Source: Bacteroidota bacterium
GTDB lineage: Bacteria; Bacteroidota; Bacteroidia; Flavobacteriales; Weeksellaceae
Reading direction: 5' to 3'
Assembly: GCA_018266955.1 (NCBI GenBank)
Contig: JAFDZI010000014.1
Location: forward strand, 662 to 64,661
DNA: 64,000 bases
Of this stretch, positions 36,767-45,903 are shown in pieces; within the stretch, counting starts at the first letter, position 1; every line of letters starts with the position of its first letter. The notes below the pieces were generated by a model that saw only the letters and a program-made list of their open reading frames with translations, had not been told where the DNA came from and did no database searches. The position numbers and the translations under genes were made by a program.

Positions 36767-38011
36767 AGATACCAATTAGAAAAAGGCAGTAAGAAACACC
36801 ATTGCCCACAATGTAATAAGAAAACATTTGTTAAATACATTGATACCGAAACAGACGACTATTTGCCCGAACATTACGGTAGGTGCGACCGTGAAAGTAA
36901 ATGTAACTATCATCTAAACCCTTATGCAGATGGTTACTCAAAAGCAATTTGGGAACAGGAACACGGTAATCGTTCAGAATTGCCAAAAAGTTGGAAACCT
37001 CAACAAAAAAGAGTTACACCAACGCCCGAACATCAACCCGTGTTTTTTGACTTTGAAACCTTTAAAGAAACCCTATCTAATTATGATAAAAATACATTCA
37101 TACAAAATTTACTTAATACCTTTAATCCTGATGAGGTTGCAAAGGTTATTGAGTTATACCGATTGGGAACTAACAACAGAGAGTATTTAAACGGTGCAAT
37201 ATCCTTTCCTTTTATTGATATTAACCAAAAGGTTAGAGCGGTACAATTAAAGCAATTTGATAAAGATAATCATACCATAAACCAAAACTGGCTACACTCT
37301 ATTATAAAGCCACAACCCGAATGGATTGAAGCTTATAAAAAAAATGATAAGATAGTATCGTGTTTATTTGGCGAACATCTTTTAAATAAATTCCCAAACA
37401 AACCAATCGCATTAGTAGAAGCACCCAAGACGGCAATTTATGGTTGGTTATACTTCAATAAAAGCAAAACATTTTTAAAGGATTGTATTTGGTTGGCAGT
37501 ATTCAACAAAAGCAGTTTTTCATTTGATAAATTGAAAGTACTACAAGGGCGTTTTGTGTATGTATTTCCCGACTTATCAAAAGATGGTAGTACATTCATA
37601 GAATGGGAAACCAAAGCCAAAGAATACGAAAAGAAGCTACACATCACACGGTTTATTTTTTCCGACCTATTGGAGCGTTTAGCAACTCAACAGGATAAAG
37701 ATAACGGTTCAGATTTAGCCGACATTTTAATAAAACACGATTGGCGAAAATTTAGAAAGCGAAAGCAGTACAGCGAATACACCAAAAGCGAAAGGCTACA
37801 ATTAGGATTGAGTATTTTTAAAATTGAAGCTTTAAAAGATTTGGTAAGCAGGATTTTTAAAGTAAAATCATCTTTTGATGTTTACGAATTGAAAGACCGT
37901 ATAAACGAAATAGAAGACGGATTGAGCAAAACAGATGTTGAAGATTTAACGGATATATTAATCATTAAGCAGTTAGTAACAAGTAAAGATTTTTTGATTT
38001 ATGAGAAATAA
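36752..38011 (+). CDS. putative DNA primase (Zn-ribbon plus Toprim-like domain)
   Basis: N-terminal HHCPQCNKK...(x23)...GRCDRESKCNYH zinc ribbon. ALVEAPKTAIY and VYVFPDLSKDG resemble the Toprim Glu and DxD motifs. Confidence 0.55.
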   Translation: MNMEHRYQLEKGSKKHHCPQCNKKTFVKYIDTETDDYLPEHYGRCDRESKCNYHLNPYADGYSKAIWEQEHGNRSELPKSWKPQQKRVTPTPEHQPVFFDFETFKETLSNYDKNTFIQNLLNTFNPDEVAKVIELYRLGTNNREYLNGAISFPFIDINQKVRAVQLKQFDKDNHTINQNWLHSIIKPQPEWIEAYKKNDKIVSCLFGEHLLNKFPNKPIALVEAPKTAIYGWLYFNKSKTFLKDCIWLAVFNKSSFSFDKLKVLQGRFVYVFPDLSKDGSTFIEWETKAKEYEKKLHITRFIFSDLLERLATQQDKDNGSDLADILIKHDWRKFRKRKQYSEYTKSERLQLGLSIFKIEALKDLVSRIFKVKSSFDVYELKDRINEIEDGLSKTDVEDLTDILIIKQLVTSKDFLIYEK

Positions 38012-38300
38012 TAATGGACAATTTAGCAAAGGAAATTCAGGCAGACCAAAAGGAGCGCAAAACAAGAACACCAAAGAATTAAAGCAATTGATAGGCAATT
38101 TTGTTTTTGATAATTTGGAAAGTATGCAGGGTAAATTTGAAGAATTGGAAGCCAAAGACCAAATAAGAATGATGATAGACCTCATCAAAATTATCATTCC
38201 GAAAAACGAACCCGAGCAAGAGGAAAGACCTCAACCAATGATTTTAAATGTTGATGAAATTATCCAAAACATGAGAAAACTTGAAACTGGAGAGGAATAA
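38001..38300 (+). CDS. small basic/acidic protein with N-terminal GNSGRPKG motif (DUF5681-like)
   Basis: 99 aa. Overlaps the primase gene end by 11 nt. The motif FSKGNSGRPKGAQNK is one I associate with phage-borne DUF5681-type proteins. Confidence 0.5.
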   Translation: MRNNNGQFSKGNSGRPKGAQNKNTKELKQLIGNFVFDNLESMQGKFEELEAKDQIRMMIDLIKIIIPKNEPEQEERPQPMILNVDEIIQNMRKLETGEE

Positions 38301-38330
38301 AAAACGGAGATAAACGGTATAGAAATTTAC

Positions 38331-38351
38331 AACCGTACAATAATCGTACAA
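38331..38351 (+). promoter_or_regulatory. candidate integrase arm-type sites at the tRNA-proximal end (CGTACAA x2, 11-bp phasing)
   Basis: CGTACAA at 38334-38340 and 38345-38351, in the same orientation and spacing as at 32925-32942. Confidence 0.5.
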
Positions 38352-38367
38352 ACACAAAAAAATAGAA

Positions 38368-38404
38368 AGCGTAACAACCTAAAAATAAGGCGGTTACGCT
38401 TTTT
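38368..38404 (+). terminator. Rho-independent terminator closing the element operon
   Basis: AGCGTAAC / GTTACGCT stem, then TTTT, ending 5 nt before the att core. Confidence 0.65.
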
Positions 38405-38409
38405 GCTTG

Positions 38410-38483
38410 TGGAGAATACGGGATTCGAACCCGTGACCTTTTGACTGCCAGTCAAACGCGCTAGCCAACTGCGCCAATCCCCC
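38410..38483 (-). tRNA. tRNA-Ala (anticodon GGC)
   Basis: Hand-folded 74-nt cloverleaf. Acceptor GGGGGAT/ATTCTCC with the G3:U70 Ala identity pair. D stem GCGC/GCGC. Anticodon stem TTTGA/TCAAA with loop CTGGCAG. T arm ACGGG-TTCGAAT-CCCGT. Discriminator A. CCA is not encoded. Confidence 0.9.
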
Positions 38484-38541
38484 GTTTTATTTTGACTGTG
38501 CAATAATAGAACTTTTTCGTTGAACAACCAAAAAATAAATC

Positions 38542-38586
38542 AAAAAAAATGATGCAATGTAGAAAGAAAATTTCTAGCATTGCATC
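38542..38586 (-). terminator. Rho-independent terminator after the efflux operon
   Basis: GATGCAATGTAGAAA / TTTCTAGCATTGCATC long stem, followed on the minus strand by T8. Confidence 0.7.
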
Positions 38587-38602
38587 CGTTGAATTATTAT
38601 TA

Positions 38603-40015
38603 TTATTTCCAACCTCCTCCTAAAGCTCGGTAGAGTTCTACCCCTGCATTGAGTTTGGTATATTGGGCATTGGCAATATTGAGTTCAGCATTCAATCGAC
38701 TAACATCGGCATTCAGTACTTCCAAATAATTGGCCATTCCGTAGTTTACCAATTCTTGTGCATATTGTACCGAAAGTTGATAGGCTTGCAGCTCTTTCCT
38801 TTTTAGGTTGATAAATTCATCTTGTATGCTATAAACCGCTAATGCATCAGAAACTTCTTTGCCTGCAGTGATTAAGCTTTTCTTGAAATTAAGATAGGCA
38901 ATTTCTTGATTGGCCTTGCTCACTTCGAAGTTGGTTTTAATTTGCCTTTTATTAAAAATAGGCTGAGCAATACCTGCGATAACATTGGCAAAGAGTGAAT
39001 GAGCAGAAAATAACTGATCCAGTTGAAGACTTTGTAAGCCTCCACTAGCCGTAAGTTTTAAACTTGGATAAAACTGAGCTTGTGCAGCTTGTGTCATTTC
39101 GAAGGCGTATCTTAAGTCCCATTCGGCTTTTCTAACATCGGGTCTGTTGGCCAATAGCTGCGCAGGAAATCCCAATTGTATATTATCCGGTTGGTGTTGT
39201 GTTGCAAGGCTGGTTCTTTCTACAGAATTGGGACTTTCTCCCTTCAAAAGAGATAGGGTGTTTTCCAAAATCTTTATTTGAGAATCAATATTTAATAGAG
39301 AACTTTTAGCATTATACACCAAGGCTTCACTCTGTTTTACGGCAACTTCGGTAAGTGTTCCTGCTGTTTTTAAAGCTAGGGTTGTTTCAAGATTTTTCTC
39401 TCGAATGCCTATTGTTTCAGAAATTATTTTCTTTTGTTCGTCTAACGCAAGCAATTGATAGTAAGCACCAGCAATGGTTGCAATAAGATTACTTTTCACT
39501 TTCTGATGGGTAGCTACCGAACTTAGGTATTGTGCCATTTGTGCTTTTTCCTGCGACTTTAGTTTGCCCCAAATATCTATTTCCCATGCAATATTGGCAG
39601 TGATGTCAAATTGGTTAATGAAGACTCTGTCGTTTAGGTTTTGCCCAGCATTAGAATTTAAAGAAGGAGAAGCCATCGTGTAATTTGCTCCCACAGAACC
39701 CGTTGGGAAATAGGAAGCTTTGGCTTGATTAAGGTAGGCTTGTGCAGCCACCATATTTTGTACTGCAGCTCTGATGTCTAAATTATTATTCAAAGCCTTT
39801 TCTATATGCGACTGTAGAGCAGCATCGGTGAAAAATTCTTTCCAAGAAATACTGGCGATATTGCTGCTGTCTTGTGCTATTTTATCAGTACGGAATAAGG
39901 ACTCTTGATCCACCATTTCCGGTCTTTTATATTCTTTTCTGGCCATACAAGATCCTAAGCTTATTGCTAATGCTACAGGAGTTATGGTTCGATGGATTGT
40001 ATATTTAAAATTCAT
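38603..40015 (-). CDS. TolC-family outer membrane efflux protein
   Basis: Lipoprotein-like signal (LGSC). Two repeated alpha-helical/beta halves. Ends ...LYRALGGGW, typical of RND outer-membrane factors. Confidence 0.88.
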   Translation of the reverse strand: MNFKYTIHRTITPVALAISLGSCMARKEYKRPEMVDQESLFRTDKIAQDSSNIASISWKEFFTDAALQSHIEKALNNNLDIRAAVQNMVAAQAYLNQAKASYFPTGSVGANYTMASPSLNSNAGQNLNDRVFINQFDITANIAWEIDIWGKLKSQEKAQMAQYLSSVATHQKVKSNLIATIAGAYYQLLALDEQKKIISETIGIREKNLETTLALKTAGTLTEVAVKQSEALVYNAKSSLLNIDSQIKILENTLSLLKGESPNSVERTSLATQHQPDNIQLGFPAQLLANRPDVRKAEWDLRYAFEMTQAAQAQFYPSLKLTASGGLQSLQLDQLFSAHSLFANVIAGIAQPIFNKRQIKTNFEVSKANQEIAYLNFKKSLITAGKEVSDALAVYSIQDEFINLKRKELQAYQLSVQYAQELVNYGMANYLEVLNADVSRLNAELNIANAQYTKLNAGVELYRALGGGWK

Positions 40016-40045
40016 TGTTCAATTTTGTTTTAGGTTGAATTCCGA

Positions 40046-43000
40046 CTACTCGGCAGTATTGATTGGGTCAAAAACCACAGGTTTTATTTTTTCCTGAAGG
40101 GTTTGGAAGATAACATAGAGAACAGGAATTACAATAAGTCCCAATATTGTCCCTATGAGTAAACCAGTAACCGCTCCGGTGGCAATACTTCTGTTTCCAA
40201 CTGCACCAATGCCAGAGGCCATTACCAGAGGCATTAATCCAAAAATGAAGGCAAAGGAAGTCATTAGAATTGGTCTTAATCTAGCTTTAGCTGCATTGAT
40301 GGCTGACATGACAATGGTTTCGCCATGATGTCTTCTTTGTACTGCGAATTCAACAATTAATATGGCATTTTTTGCCAATAAACCTACCAGCATGATTAGG
40401 GCAATCTGAAAGTAGATATTATTTTCTAAACCAAAAAGCCATTGTCCTACATAAGCACCCATTACCCCGAGTGGTAAAGAACAAATAACGGTAAGTGGTA
40501 GAATATAACTTTCATATTGGGCAGAAAGAATAAAATAGACAAATACCAAACTCAAAGCAAAAATAAGCAGCGTTTGAGATCCGGATGATAATTCTTCTTT
40601 GGAAAGTCCGGTAAATTCAACATCATAGTTTCCTCCTAATGTTTGGTCAGCAACTTCTTGTACGGCTTTAATGGCATCACCAGTACTGTATCCTGGGTTA
40701 TTGGCTCCAGTTACCTTTACAGAAGTAAACAAGTTGTAACGATTTACAGATTGAGGACCATAAGTTTTGTCCAAAGTAACAAATTGAGAAATAGGAGTCA
40801 TTGCACCCGATTTGGATTTTACATAAATTGAATTGAGGTTTTGTACATTTTCTCTGTATTCTGGTAGGGCTTGTACCATTACTCTAAATTGCTTTCCATA
40901 CTTGGTGAAGTCTGCCGTGTACACACCACCAATGTATCCTTGCATGGTGGATAAAATATCCGATACCGATACCCCCGATTGCGTTGCCAAAGGAACATTA
41001 ATGTTCATCTGATACTGTGGATATTTGGTGTTGAATGATGTTTGGGCAAATTGGATTTCTGGTCTTTTCATAAGAGCACCAATAAGTTTTTGAGATTCGG
41101 CATCCAATTGCTGATATTCGCTACCTGCTTTATCCAATAGTACCATTTCAAAACCTGCGCTGGTACCGTATCCAGGAACGGAAGGTGGTTGGAAAAATAC
41201 AACTTTGGCATCTTTCACTTTTGCGGCGGCACCAAAAAGCATTCCTGTAATAGCATCAGCCGAAAGACCTTGTTTGGTTCTTTCATCAAAGGATTTAAGT
41301 CGAACGAAAGCCAAACCATTGTTACTCCCAGAACCGGAAAAGAAACTTCTTCCAGCGGATATGGTCAATCCTTCTACGCCTGGCACTTTTTCAACTTCTT
41401 TTTGCAATGCCTTCAAAGCATTGTAGGTTCTTGCCATTGAGGCACCGGGAGGAAGTTCTAAATTAGTAAAGATGATTCCACGGTCTTCATTGGGTACAAA
41501 ACCAGTTTTCATACTCTTGTTGGACCAAAACAAAATAACGCCAACAACGGTAAATATGGCTAAGGTAATCCATTTGTGTCGGATAAGATAGACAAATGCA
41601 TTCCCGTATCTTTCGGTAGTTACATGAAAAGCAATATTGAATTTATGGAAAAATTTTTGAAGCCAATTTTTCTCTTCATAAGACTTATCATGATGTCCAC
41701 TTGTTAGGAATAATGAACAAAGAACAGGGGATAAGGTAAGTGCATTAATGGCAGAAATGAGAATGGCTACAATAAGCGTTACCCCAAATTGTTGATAAAA
41801 AACTCCTGTGGGACCTTTAATGAAAGTAACAGGGATGAAAACGGCAGCCATTACTAAGGTAATAGAAATAATAGCACCGGTTATTTCTCCCATGGCTTCT
41901 GTGGTTGCCTTTTTTACATCGGTAATTCCGTGTTCCATTTTGGCATGGACCGCTTCTACCACTACAATGGCATCATCCACAACAATACCAATGGCCAATA
42001 CCAATGCAAATAAAGTAAGTAAATTGAGCGAGTAACCAAATAAATTTAAGAAAAAGAAAGAACCCACAATGGATACCGGAACCGCAATGGCCGGAATTAA
42101 TGTAGATCTAAAATCCTGCAAGAATATATATACCACGATGAATACAAGGATAAATGCTTCTATCAGCGTATGTGTCACCTTGTCCATAGATGCGGTTAAG
42201 AATTCATTGGTATCGTAATTTATAATGTACTTTACTCCTTTAGGAAAAGTTTTTTCGGATTCCTTTAAATACGCTTGAATGTTGTTAATGATTTGTTGCG
42301 CATTAGAACCTGGTGTCTGGAAAATCCCCATACTTACAGCAGGATTGTTACCACTTTCTGCCAAGCCTGTGTAGGATAAAGCATCTAGTTTAACAGTAGC
42401 AACATCTTTAAGTAATAAATTTTGCCCATTGCCTAATGCTTTAATGACAATATTATCATACTGCTCCTTGTTGTTGTATTTACCGACATATTTAATAATG
42501 TATTCAAAAGAAGTTGCTGCATTCTGACCCAAAGATCCAGCGGCTGCCTCTCTGGACTGTGCATTTATGGCATTGGTAATATCCGAAGGTTCCAAGCTGT
42601 AGGCTGCCATTTTTGCAGGATCAATCCAAATACGCATAGAGTAGGATTTACCTCCCATTACATTGGCATCTCCTACACCAGAGATTCTTTTAATTCCAGG
42701 TACTATATTAATGTTCATATAATTTTGTATAAAAACATCGTCATAATCTTTGTTTTCAGAATAAAAAGAAAGGTACATTAATGCCGAAGTCTGTTGTTTT
42801 TGAGTAACAACACCTGAACGGGTAACTTCGCTAGGCAATAATGGGGTTGCACGGGATACCCTGTTCTGTACATTTACAGCAGCAATATCAGGATCAACTC
42901 CTTGTTTGAAAAATATTTGAATCTGAGCTGAACCATCATTTCCGGCAGATGAAGAAATATAGTCCATGCCTTCCACTCCGTTTATTTGCTCCTCCAACGG

Positions 43001-43189
43001 AACAATAACGGATTTCATTACGGTTTCTGCATTGGCACCGGTATAGTTGGCAGAAACATTCACCGTGGGAGGTGCTATATCAGGATATTGGGTTACCGGT
43101 AATACGATAAATCCCAAAATTCCTAAGATAACGATAAGTATAGAGATAACCGTAGATAAAACCGGTCGGTTAATAAAATGCTTTATCAT
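40046..43189 (-). CDS. RND (AcrB/HAE1-type) efflux permease
   Basis: 1047 aa. MIKHFINRPVLSTVISILIV N-terminus, 12 TM helices, two large periplasmic loops, VDDAIVVVE motif. Confidence 0.95.
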   Translation of the reverse strand: MIKHFINRPVLSTVISILIVILGILGFIVLPVTQYPDIAPPTVNVSANYTGANAETVMKSVIVPLEEQINGVEGMDYISSSAGNDGSAQIQIFFKQGVDPDIAAVNVQNRVSRATPLLPSEVTRSGVVTQKQQTSALMYLSFYSENKDYDDVFIQNYMNINIVPGIKRISGVGDANVMGGKSYSMRIWIDPAKMAAYSLEPSDITNAINAQSREAAAGSLGQNAATSFEYIIKYVGKYNNKEQYDNIVIKALGNGQNLLLKDVATVKLDALSYTGLAESGNNPAVSMGIFQTPGSNAQQIINNIQAYLKESEKTFPKGVKYIINYDTNEFLTASMDKVTHTLIEAFILVFIVVYIFLQDFRSTLIPAIAVPVSIVGSFFFLNLFGYSLNLLTLFALVLAIGIVVDDAIVVVEAVHAKMEHGITDVKKATTEAMGEITGAIISITLVMAAVFIPVTFIKGPTGVFYQQFGVTLIVAILISAINALTLSPVLCSLFLTSGHHDKSYEEKNWLQKFFHKFNIAFHVTTERYGNAFVYLIRHKWITLAIFTVVGVILFWSNKSMKTGFVPNEDRGIIFTNLELPPGASMARTYNALKALQKEVEKVPGVEGLTISAGRSFFSGSGSNNGLAFVRLKSFDERTKQGLSADAITGMLFGAAAKVKDAKVVFFQPPSVPGYGTSAGFEMVLLDKAGSEYQQLDAESQKLIGALMKRPEIQFAQTSFNTKYPQYQMNINVPLATQSGVSVSDILSTMQGYIGGVYTADFTKYGKQFRVMVQALPEYRENVQNLNSIYVKSKSGAMTPISQFVTLDKTYGPQSVNRYNLFTSVKVTGANNPGYSTGDAIKAVQEVADQTLGGNYDVEFTGLSKEELSSGSQTLLIFALSLVFVYFILSAQYESYILPLTVICSLPLGVMGAYVGQWLFGLENNIYFQIALIMLVGLLAKNAILIVEFAVQRRHHGETIVMSAINAAKARLRPILMTSFAFIFGLMPLVMASGIGAVGNRSIATGAVTGLLIGTILGLIVIPVLYVIFQTLQEKIKPVVFDPINTAE

Positions 43190-44379
43190 TAGAATACGGG
43201 TTTTATGGATTGTACAAGACTGTCAAAAGAAATTGGTTTTGGGATAATTTGTGTGTCCGGTTTTAGTCCGCCTATTCCGGTAGCCACTACTTTGTCCCCT
43301 TTTTTAATTCCAGATTTTACAATGACCATGTTGTTGACACGATCTCGAACTTGTATTACTTCATTTTTTACTTTATTGTCTTTTCCAACGATATAAGTAT
43401 AAACAATGCCTTGTTGTTCATAGGTAGCACTTTCTGGGATTACGATGGAATTGGCGTATTCAATCGGAAATTTGATGGAACCACTGTTGCCATTACTTAA
43501 AATTTTATGAGGATTGGCAAAGCCTGCTCTAAACTGAATGGTTCCTGTGCTGGCATCTATTTGTCCGGAAACGGTTTCTATTTTTCCTTTTTCGCTGTAG
43601 ATACTTCCATTGGCAAGTTCTAAATCTACAGTGGGAAGATTTCTTAATTTTTCAGGTACCGTAGCTCCTTTTATTTTTTCCAAGAAGTTAAGATATTCCT
43701 TTTCATTCATGGAAAAGTAAGCATAAACACTGGAAGTATTGGATAGGGTAGTAAGCGGAGTGGGATCTGCCGGTCCTACCAAGCTTCCAACTTTTAAAGG
43801 TAATTTTCCTACAACTCCAGAAATAGGTGCTCGGATGATGGAGTAGTCCACATTGGCTTTGGTACTTTTGTAATTGGCAATTGCCTGTTGATGGGCTGCT
43901 TTAGCTTGCGAAAGCTGTGCTTGTGCTCTGGCTACATTGGCTTGAGCTGTTTGTAGTTGTACAGCACTGATGATGTTTTTCTGCACCAAAGGTTGTATTT
44001 TATTCACTTCAACTTGGGCAGCGTTTACAGCAGCTTGTGCTGCGGAAATATTCGCTTGTGCTGCTGCGATTCCGGATTTTGCTGCATCTTCGTTTTCACT
44101 TAATACATTGGTTTCCAAACGAAAAAGCGGTTGCCCTTGTTGTACCATTTGTCCTTCATCTACCAGAACTTGGGTGATGTAACCTTGGATTTTTGCACGG
44201 ACATCATTGTTTACAATTCCTTGTATCGTAGCGGGATATTCTATGTAACCGATAAGATTTTTTTCTTCCACAGTAACAATCTCGAATGGCTTAGGACCAT
44301 CATTTTTCATCATTTCTTCTTTCTTACAAGAGGTTAATGAAATGGCAACCATAGAAAGTATAAGCATTTTATTTTTCAT
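43189..44379 (-). CDS. RND efflux periplasmic adaptor (membrane fusion protein)
   Basis: Lipobox LTSC, coiled-coil hairpin rich in A/Q, beta-barrel domains. Its stop overlaps the RND start (TAATG). Confidence 0.9.
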   Translation of the reverse strand: MKNKMLILSMVAISLTSCKKEEMMKNDGPKPFEIVTVEEKNLIGYIEYPATIQGIVNNDVRAKIQGYITQVLVDEGQMVQQGQPLFRLETNVLSENEDAAKSGIAAAQANISAAQAAVNAAQVEVNKIQPLVQKNIISAVQLQTAQANVARAQAQLSQAKAAHQQAIANYKSTKANVDYSIIRAPISGVVGKLPLKVGSLVGPADPTPLTTLSNTSSVYAYFSMNEKEYLNFLEKIKGATVPEKLRNLPTVDLELANGSIYSEKGKIETVSGQIDASTGTIQFRAGFANPHKILSNGNSGSIKFPIEYANSIVIPESATYEQQGIVYTYIVGKDNKVKNEVIQVRDRVNNMVIVKSGIKKGDKVVATGIGGLKPDTQIIPKPISFDSLVQSIKPVF

Positions 44380-44540
44380 ATGTAGGTATTTATTTTTTAT
44401 GGAATTAAGTTTTCGTTTTTTAGTTTTATTATGAATTTACAAAGTAATTTAGTTGTTAGTAATGATTTGAATAATTAAAATTCAATTTTGATTACAATTA
44501 GTGTAATAATAAGAATTTTAAGTAAAAATATTGAAAATAA

Positions 44541-44993
44541 TTAGAGTTTATCTAAGGTGTCTTCAATGTTTTTTATATTGCCACTAAGCAATGATTTGTA
44601 AATCTCGAATGGATTGTTGGGTTCTTTTTTAGCGTTGATAAACTGGCTTAATGAATTTAAAATATCCATTTCTTCTTTCATCATCATGATTATTTTTTGA
44701 AATCGGTATTTAATATAACCGTCATTAAAAATGAAATATCTTTTTCTGATTTCTTTTTTGGTAATATCCTTGATGAGGTTGGCGTGCAGTAAAAGATTGA
44801 TGTTAGTAGAAACCGAACTTTTGCTAGCAGTATAATATTCTATAATTTCTTCAAAACTAACTCCAGTTTTTTCCGTATCAAATAACAACATAGCATATAT
44901 TTTGGCTGCCAAAGGTGGCAAACCAAACAACTCACCATAAAAGCTGGCCAATCGATGGTGGATTTCGGTATCTATGTTAAAATTTAAATTCAT
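44541..44993 (-). CDS. MarR/GbsR-family transcriptional regulator
   Basis: 150 aa. wHTH segment FEEIIEYYTASKSSVSTNINLLLHANLI. Lies upstream of the efflux operon. Confidence 0.65.
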   Translation of the reverse strand: MNLNFNIDTEIHHRLASFYGELFGLPPLAAKIYAMLLFDTEKTGVSFEEIIEYYTASKSSVSTNINLLLHANLIKDITKKEIRKRYFIFNDGYIKYRFQKIIMMMKEEMDILNSLSQFINAKKEPNNPFEIYKSLLSGNIKNIEDTLDKL

Positions 44994-45062
44994 TAAATTC
45001 TATTTTATGCAAATGTACTAAGTTCTGAACAAACCGAACCAAAATCATAGCGATTAAAAATA

Positions 45063-45590
45063 TCAATGATGATACTTTCTTAAATATTTTTCAAAAGCCA
45101 ATCGTTCGGATCCTCTGAAATATACTTTCCCACAATATTGGTAGTCCATTTTCTTAAAAAGCTTAAGCATGGCTAGGTTATCATAATTGGTGTCGGCTTT
45201 AATGCTATAAATATTCTGTTGCAAAGCAAGGGTTTCAATATATTTAAAAATTAAATCAGCATAGCCTTTGCCAATGGCTTTATCTTCTAAAGCCAAACGA
45301 TGGACTACAAGGTAATCTTCTTGGCTTAGCCATTCTCCGATGATGGTATCATAAGCAGGTTCAGCATTTTTCTTGATGGCAACATAGCCAATAATTTTTT
45401 CTTCGAATATTAGAACAAAGGCAGCATTTTGTTGTAAGTCATTTTCTAAAACCAACTCGTTGGGATAGCCATCTTGCCATTGTTGGCTGCCTTCTGCTTT
45501 TCTTCTTGCAATTGCTTGCTGTATGATTTCCCAAATGATAGGTAACTCTTTTTTTATAGCTAATCGAAAAATGGTGTTTTTATGATTCAT
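45063..45590 (-). CDS. GNAT family N-acetyltransferase
   Basis: LEDKAIGKGYADLIF acetyl-CoA binding motif. 175 aa. Confidence 0.75.
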   Translation of the reverse strand: MNHKNTIFRLAIKKELPIIWEIIQQAIARRKAEGSQQWQDGYPNELVLENDLQQNAAFVLIFEEKIIGYVAIKKNAEPAYDTIIGEWLSQEDYLVVHRLALEDKAIGKGYADLIFKYIETLALQQNIYSIKADTNYDNLAMLKLFKKMDYQYCGKVYFRGSERLAFEKYLRKYHH

Positions 45591-45684
45591 GGTTTGGGTT
45601 TAGATGAAAAAAAACCGGAATTTTAATAAAAATCCCGATTTCCTAATAGTAAAATTTAAAATTATGATAGAAATTATTTGGTGT

Positions 45685-45903
45685 CTATGTTGGAGTTGAA
45701 TTCAAATACTCGTCAATGCATTCAAAGGCTTTAGCTTCGTCTTTCAATGATACAATTAAATGGAAAATGTTACTTTCTTCATTTTCAATATCTTGCTTTT
45801 CTACATCAGAGGGAATTTGAAGTTCGTTTAGTTTTTGTTGTAGTCTTACAATTTCTTCTTTATTATCGCTTTCAAAAACAGTTGCTTTATTTTTCCTTTC
45901 CAT
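45685..45903 (-). CDS. small acidic hypothetical protein
   Basis: 72-aa ORF with plausible composition. Function unknown. Confidence 0.4.
   Translation of the reverse strand: MERKNKATVFESDNKEEIVRLQQKLNELQIPSDVEKQDIENEESNIFHLIVSLKDEAKAFECIDEYLNSTPT

Larger units (their letters stand above)
32771..38423 (+). mobile_element. 5.65-kb integrative, replication-competent element inserted in the 3' end of tRNA-Ala(GGC)
   Basis: Bounded by the identical 15-mer GTGGAGAATACGGGA (32771-32785 and 38409-38423). Encodes integrase, Xis-like HTH, ATPase, iterons and primase, all on the + strand. Confidence 0.85.

Noticed and set aside
36646-36840. 64-aa minus-strand ORF with a repeated HGVHGVHGVHG / NIVNIVN peptide
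   Set aside because: The periodic peptide is simply the translation of the 9-bp iteron array. It lies antisense across the ATPase stop and the primase start, so it is an ORF-caller artefact.
38327-38527. 66-aa minus-strand ORF
   Set aside because: It is read straight through the tRNA-Ala gene and its flanks, so it is not coding.
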